A DNA stretch of 62,164 bases from NCBI GenBank assembly GCA_017961365.1, contig JAGCXI010000068.1, forward strand, positions 1-62,164. The letters are read 5' to 3'. This DNA is from Clostridia bacterium. GTDB taxonomy: Bacteria; Bacillota; Clostridia; Christensenellales; CAG-1252. Below, one piece after another: positions 62,131 through 62,164 of this stretch (position 1 is the stretch's first letter; each line of letters opens with the position of its first letter). The translations under genes were made by a program, and so were the position numbers. The notes beneath the pieces are model-generated. The model was not told the origin of the DNA. It searched no databases and saw only the letters and a list, made by a program, of their open reading frames with translations.

Positions 62131-62164
62131 GTCTTGTTATTAAACTACTTGTTGAAAATTTATC

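Larger units (their letters stand above)
51692..62164. mobile_element. AT-rich accessory/defence island with a tyrosine recombinase (right end beyond the window)
   Basis: Abrupt fall in GC at about 51.65 kb. Contains restriction-modification-like, RES and AlbA_2 genes, then a tyrosine recombinase at 60129-61037. Confidence 0.5.

Overview
GC-rich, Firmicutes/Clostridia-like chromosomal segment. No taxon can be assigned without a database search. Coordinates read by eye may be off by 1-2 nt.

The core backbone is ordinary housekeeping:
- ispDF, an iron-type alcohol dehydrogenase, and a tRNA cluster (fMet, fMet-Met-Glu)
- a glycan-utilisation group: GH63-like hydrolase, SGNH esterase, and a large sialate-O-acetylesterase-like lipoprotein
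- lysS-greA, rpsF-ssb-rpsR, glmM/glmS, hup, and an MscS channel
- an overlapping aromatic amino acid operon: DAHP synthase, tyrA, aroA, aroC, chorismate mutase

Two accessory regions stand out.

(1) 4.9-11.1 kb, just downstream of tRNA-Glu. Partial copies of the tRNA-Glu 3-prime end and two ~180-bp direct repeats bracket a ~4.4-kb insert. The insert holds an HxlR / radical-SAM / nitroreductase / flavodoxin operon and a gp7-like/DUF6883-like plus DUF4926-like gene pair. It is followed by a Vat-type streptogramin A acetyltransferase, a second DUF4926-like gene and an XRE regulator.

(2) 40.6 kb to the window end (62.2 kb), a composite mobile region in visibly different compositional blocks.
- A large serine recombinase sits at the left junction.
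- Next comes a compact ~9-kb plus-strand module. It encodes a two-tyrosine HUH rolling-circle Rep, a polytopic-membrane protein with a P-loop-like motif, a 43-aa single-TM ORF absent from the ORF track, and several membrane-anchored proteins. No tailed-phage or conjugation genes are recognisable. I read it as a candidate inovirus-like or pleomorphic membrane virus-like integrated element.
- Next comes an AT-rich minus-strand defence-type cluster: an MTase-like protein; a 1347-aa fusion of a GIY-YIG/T5orf172-like head, an SF2 helicase, an N6A methyltransferase and a TRD; a RES-domain protein with no Xre partner; a 121-aa protein; and an AlbA_2/Schlafen-like protein.
- The cluster is preceded by a promoter-hairpin-terminator unit that looks like a small structured RNA.
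- A tyrosine recombinase and a pentapeptide-repeat protein follow.

Other features worth noting:
- a perfect 14-bp palindrome, GTTCCACGTGGAAC, present three times in 230 bp
- atypical initiator tRNA copies
- candidate operator palindromes and ori-like repeats inside the element

No CRISPR array, rRNA, glmS ribozyme or T-box was seen.
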